Shown here: one piece after another, positions 63,458 through 64,000 of the stretch | Numbering within the stretch: position 1 is the stretch's first letter | How the letters are laid out: each line of letters opens with the position of its first letter | IMG/VR virus record: IMGVR_UViG_3300043442_000931 | Coordinates: 5,574-69,573 of that record | From: a virus | Lineage: Duplodnaviria > Caudoviricetes | Strand: one strand, 5' to 3' | Length of the DNA: 64,000 nucleotides | Translations under genes and position numbers: made by a program | The notes under the pieces: model-generated | What the model was told of the DNA's origin: nothing | Database searches by the model: none | Seen by the model: only the letters and a program-made list of their open reading frames with translations

Positions 63458-64000
63458 TCAAAACGGGATCAGGGCATCAAGGTCTTGCTGGGTGATGCCA
63501 CTGCGCTGGATAGCAGGACGCGCCAGCAGCTCCTCCGAAGAGTGGGGCTTGCCCTGGAACCAGAACTTCTCGTTTCGGTAAGTGATCTGGGACAGCATAC
63601 CCTTGCAGGTGTTTAACGTGTTTTCCACGTCTAACGCTTCCTCGGGGGCATTGTTAGCACCACTTTTATCTGTGGGCTCGACAGGTTCTGCATCCTCAAC
63701 CTGTGCCGTAGTCAGGTTGGGGTCGTTCGGGAACATCTGGGCTTCGGGTCGGGCATCTTTCGGGATAGCCCAATCCGCTGGGGTATGAACTGGGAGCGGG
63801 ACAGGTTCCGGGGTTCGGCTCGGTTCGGATCTGCGTCCAGCCCGTGCGGATCTGTATGTGACTGAAGATGTCTCTGCTTGTGCGACAGCAGTGTCGGACC
63901 CTCCAGACACCCTGTCGGACCCATCCGACAGCTTTACGTTTTTGACGGCCTCATTCCAGTTGGGGCCGGGCCTGTAGCAGTAGCAGGCAGCAGCTCCCAG
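63458..64000 (-). CDS. Hypothetical protein (partial; frame open to the window edge)
   Basis: No in-frame stop between 63910 and 64000. Confidence 0.5.
   Translation of the reverse strand: MGAAACYCYRPGPNWNEAVKNVKLSDGSDRVSGGSDTAVAQAETSSVTYRSARAGRRSEPSRTPEPVPLPVHTPADWAIPKDARPEAQMFPNDPNLTTAQVEDAEPVEPTDKSGANNAPEEALDVENTLNTCKGMLSQITYRNEKFWFQGKPHSSEELLARPAIQRSGITQQDLDALIPF

Noticed and set aside
1-64000. HIP1 (GCGATCGC) enrichment as host evidence
   Set aside because: Only an isolated copy was noticed (near 28345); no visible over-representation

Overview
The window is a contiguous ~64 kb part of a lambda-like tailed phage (siphovirus). A cyanobacterial host is likely (cyAbrB, cyanophage-type RNR/ThyX/tail fibre, cyanobacterial-type TnpB). 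It may be a phage-plasmid: parA plus a partner gene are present and no integrase is in the window. Minus strand 1-32.8 kb: tail fibre, tail tip J with an N-terminal Hint domain, I/K/L/M, tape measure, G/GT chaperones, tail tube, head-tail joining genes, major capsid, DUF2213, a cluster of motif-tagged putative head-cargo proteins including an ADP-ribosyltransferase, MuF, portal and terminases. Minus strand 32.8-42.4 kb: an early operon of small genes (DUF932, RlpA-like, two ParB-like, ArdA, beta-clamp-like, many unknowns). 42.5-59 kb: recombination, replication and nucleotide metabolism genes (RusA, ThyX, exonuclease, SSB, primase-helicase, iteron origin, PolA, Dcd, intein-containing RNR, Dam, dNMP kinase). 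59-64 kb: parA and partner, an IS200/605 TnpB element and unknowns. The standout observation is that the early operon is punctuated by 15 predicted self-cleaving ribozymes: 13 minimal HDV-like ribozymes with compensatory changes in every helix and 2 twister ribozymes. Most sit between a 3' hairpin of the upstream gene and an A/C-rich leader of the next gene, which suggests ribozyme-driven processing of a polycistronic mRNA into mostly single-gene units. All calls come from manual motif reading; no database search or folding program was run.
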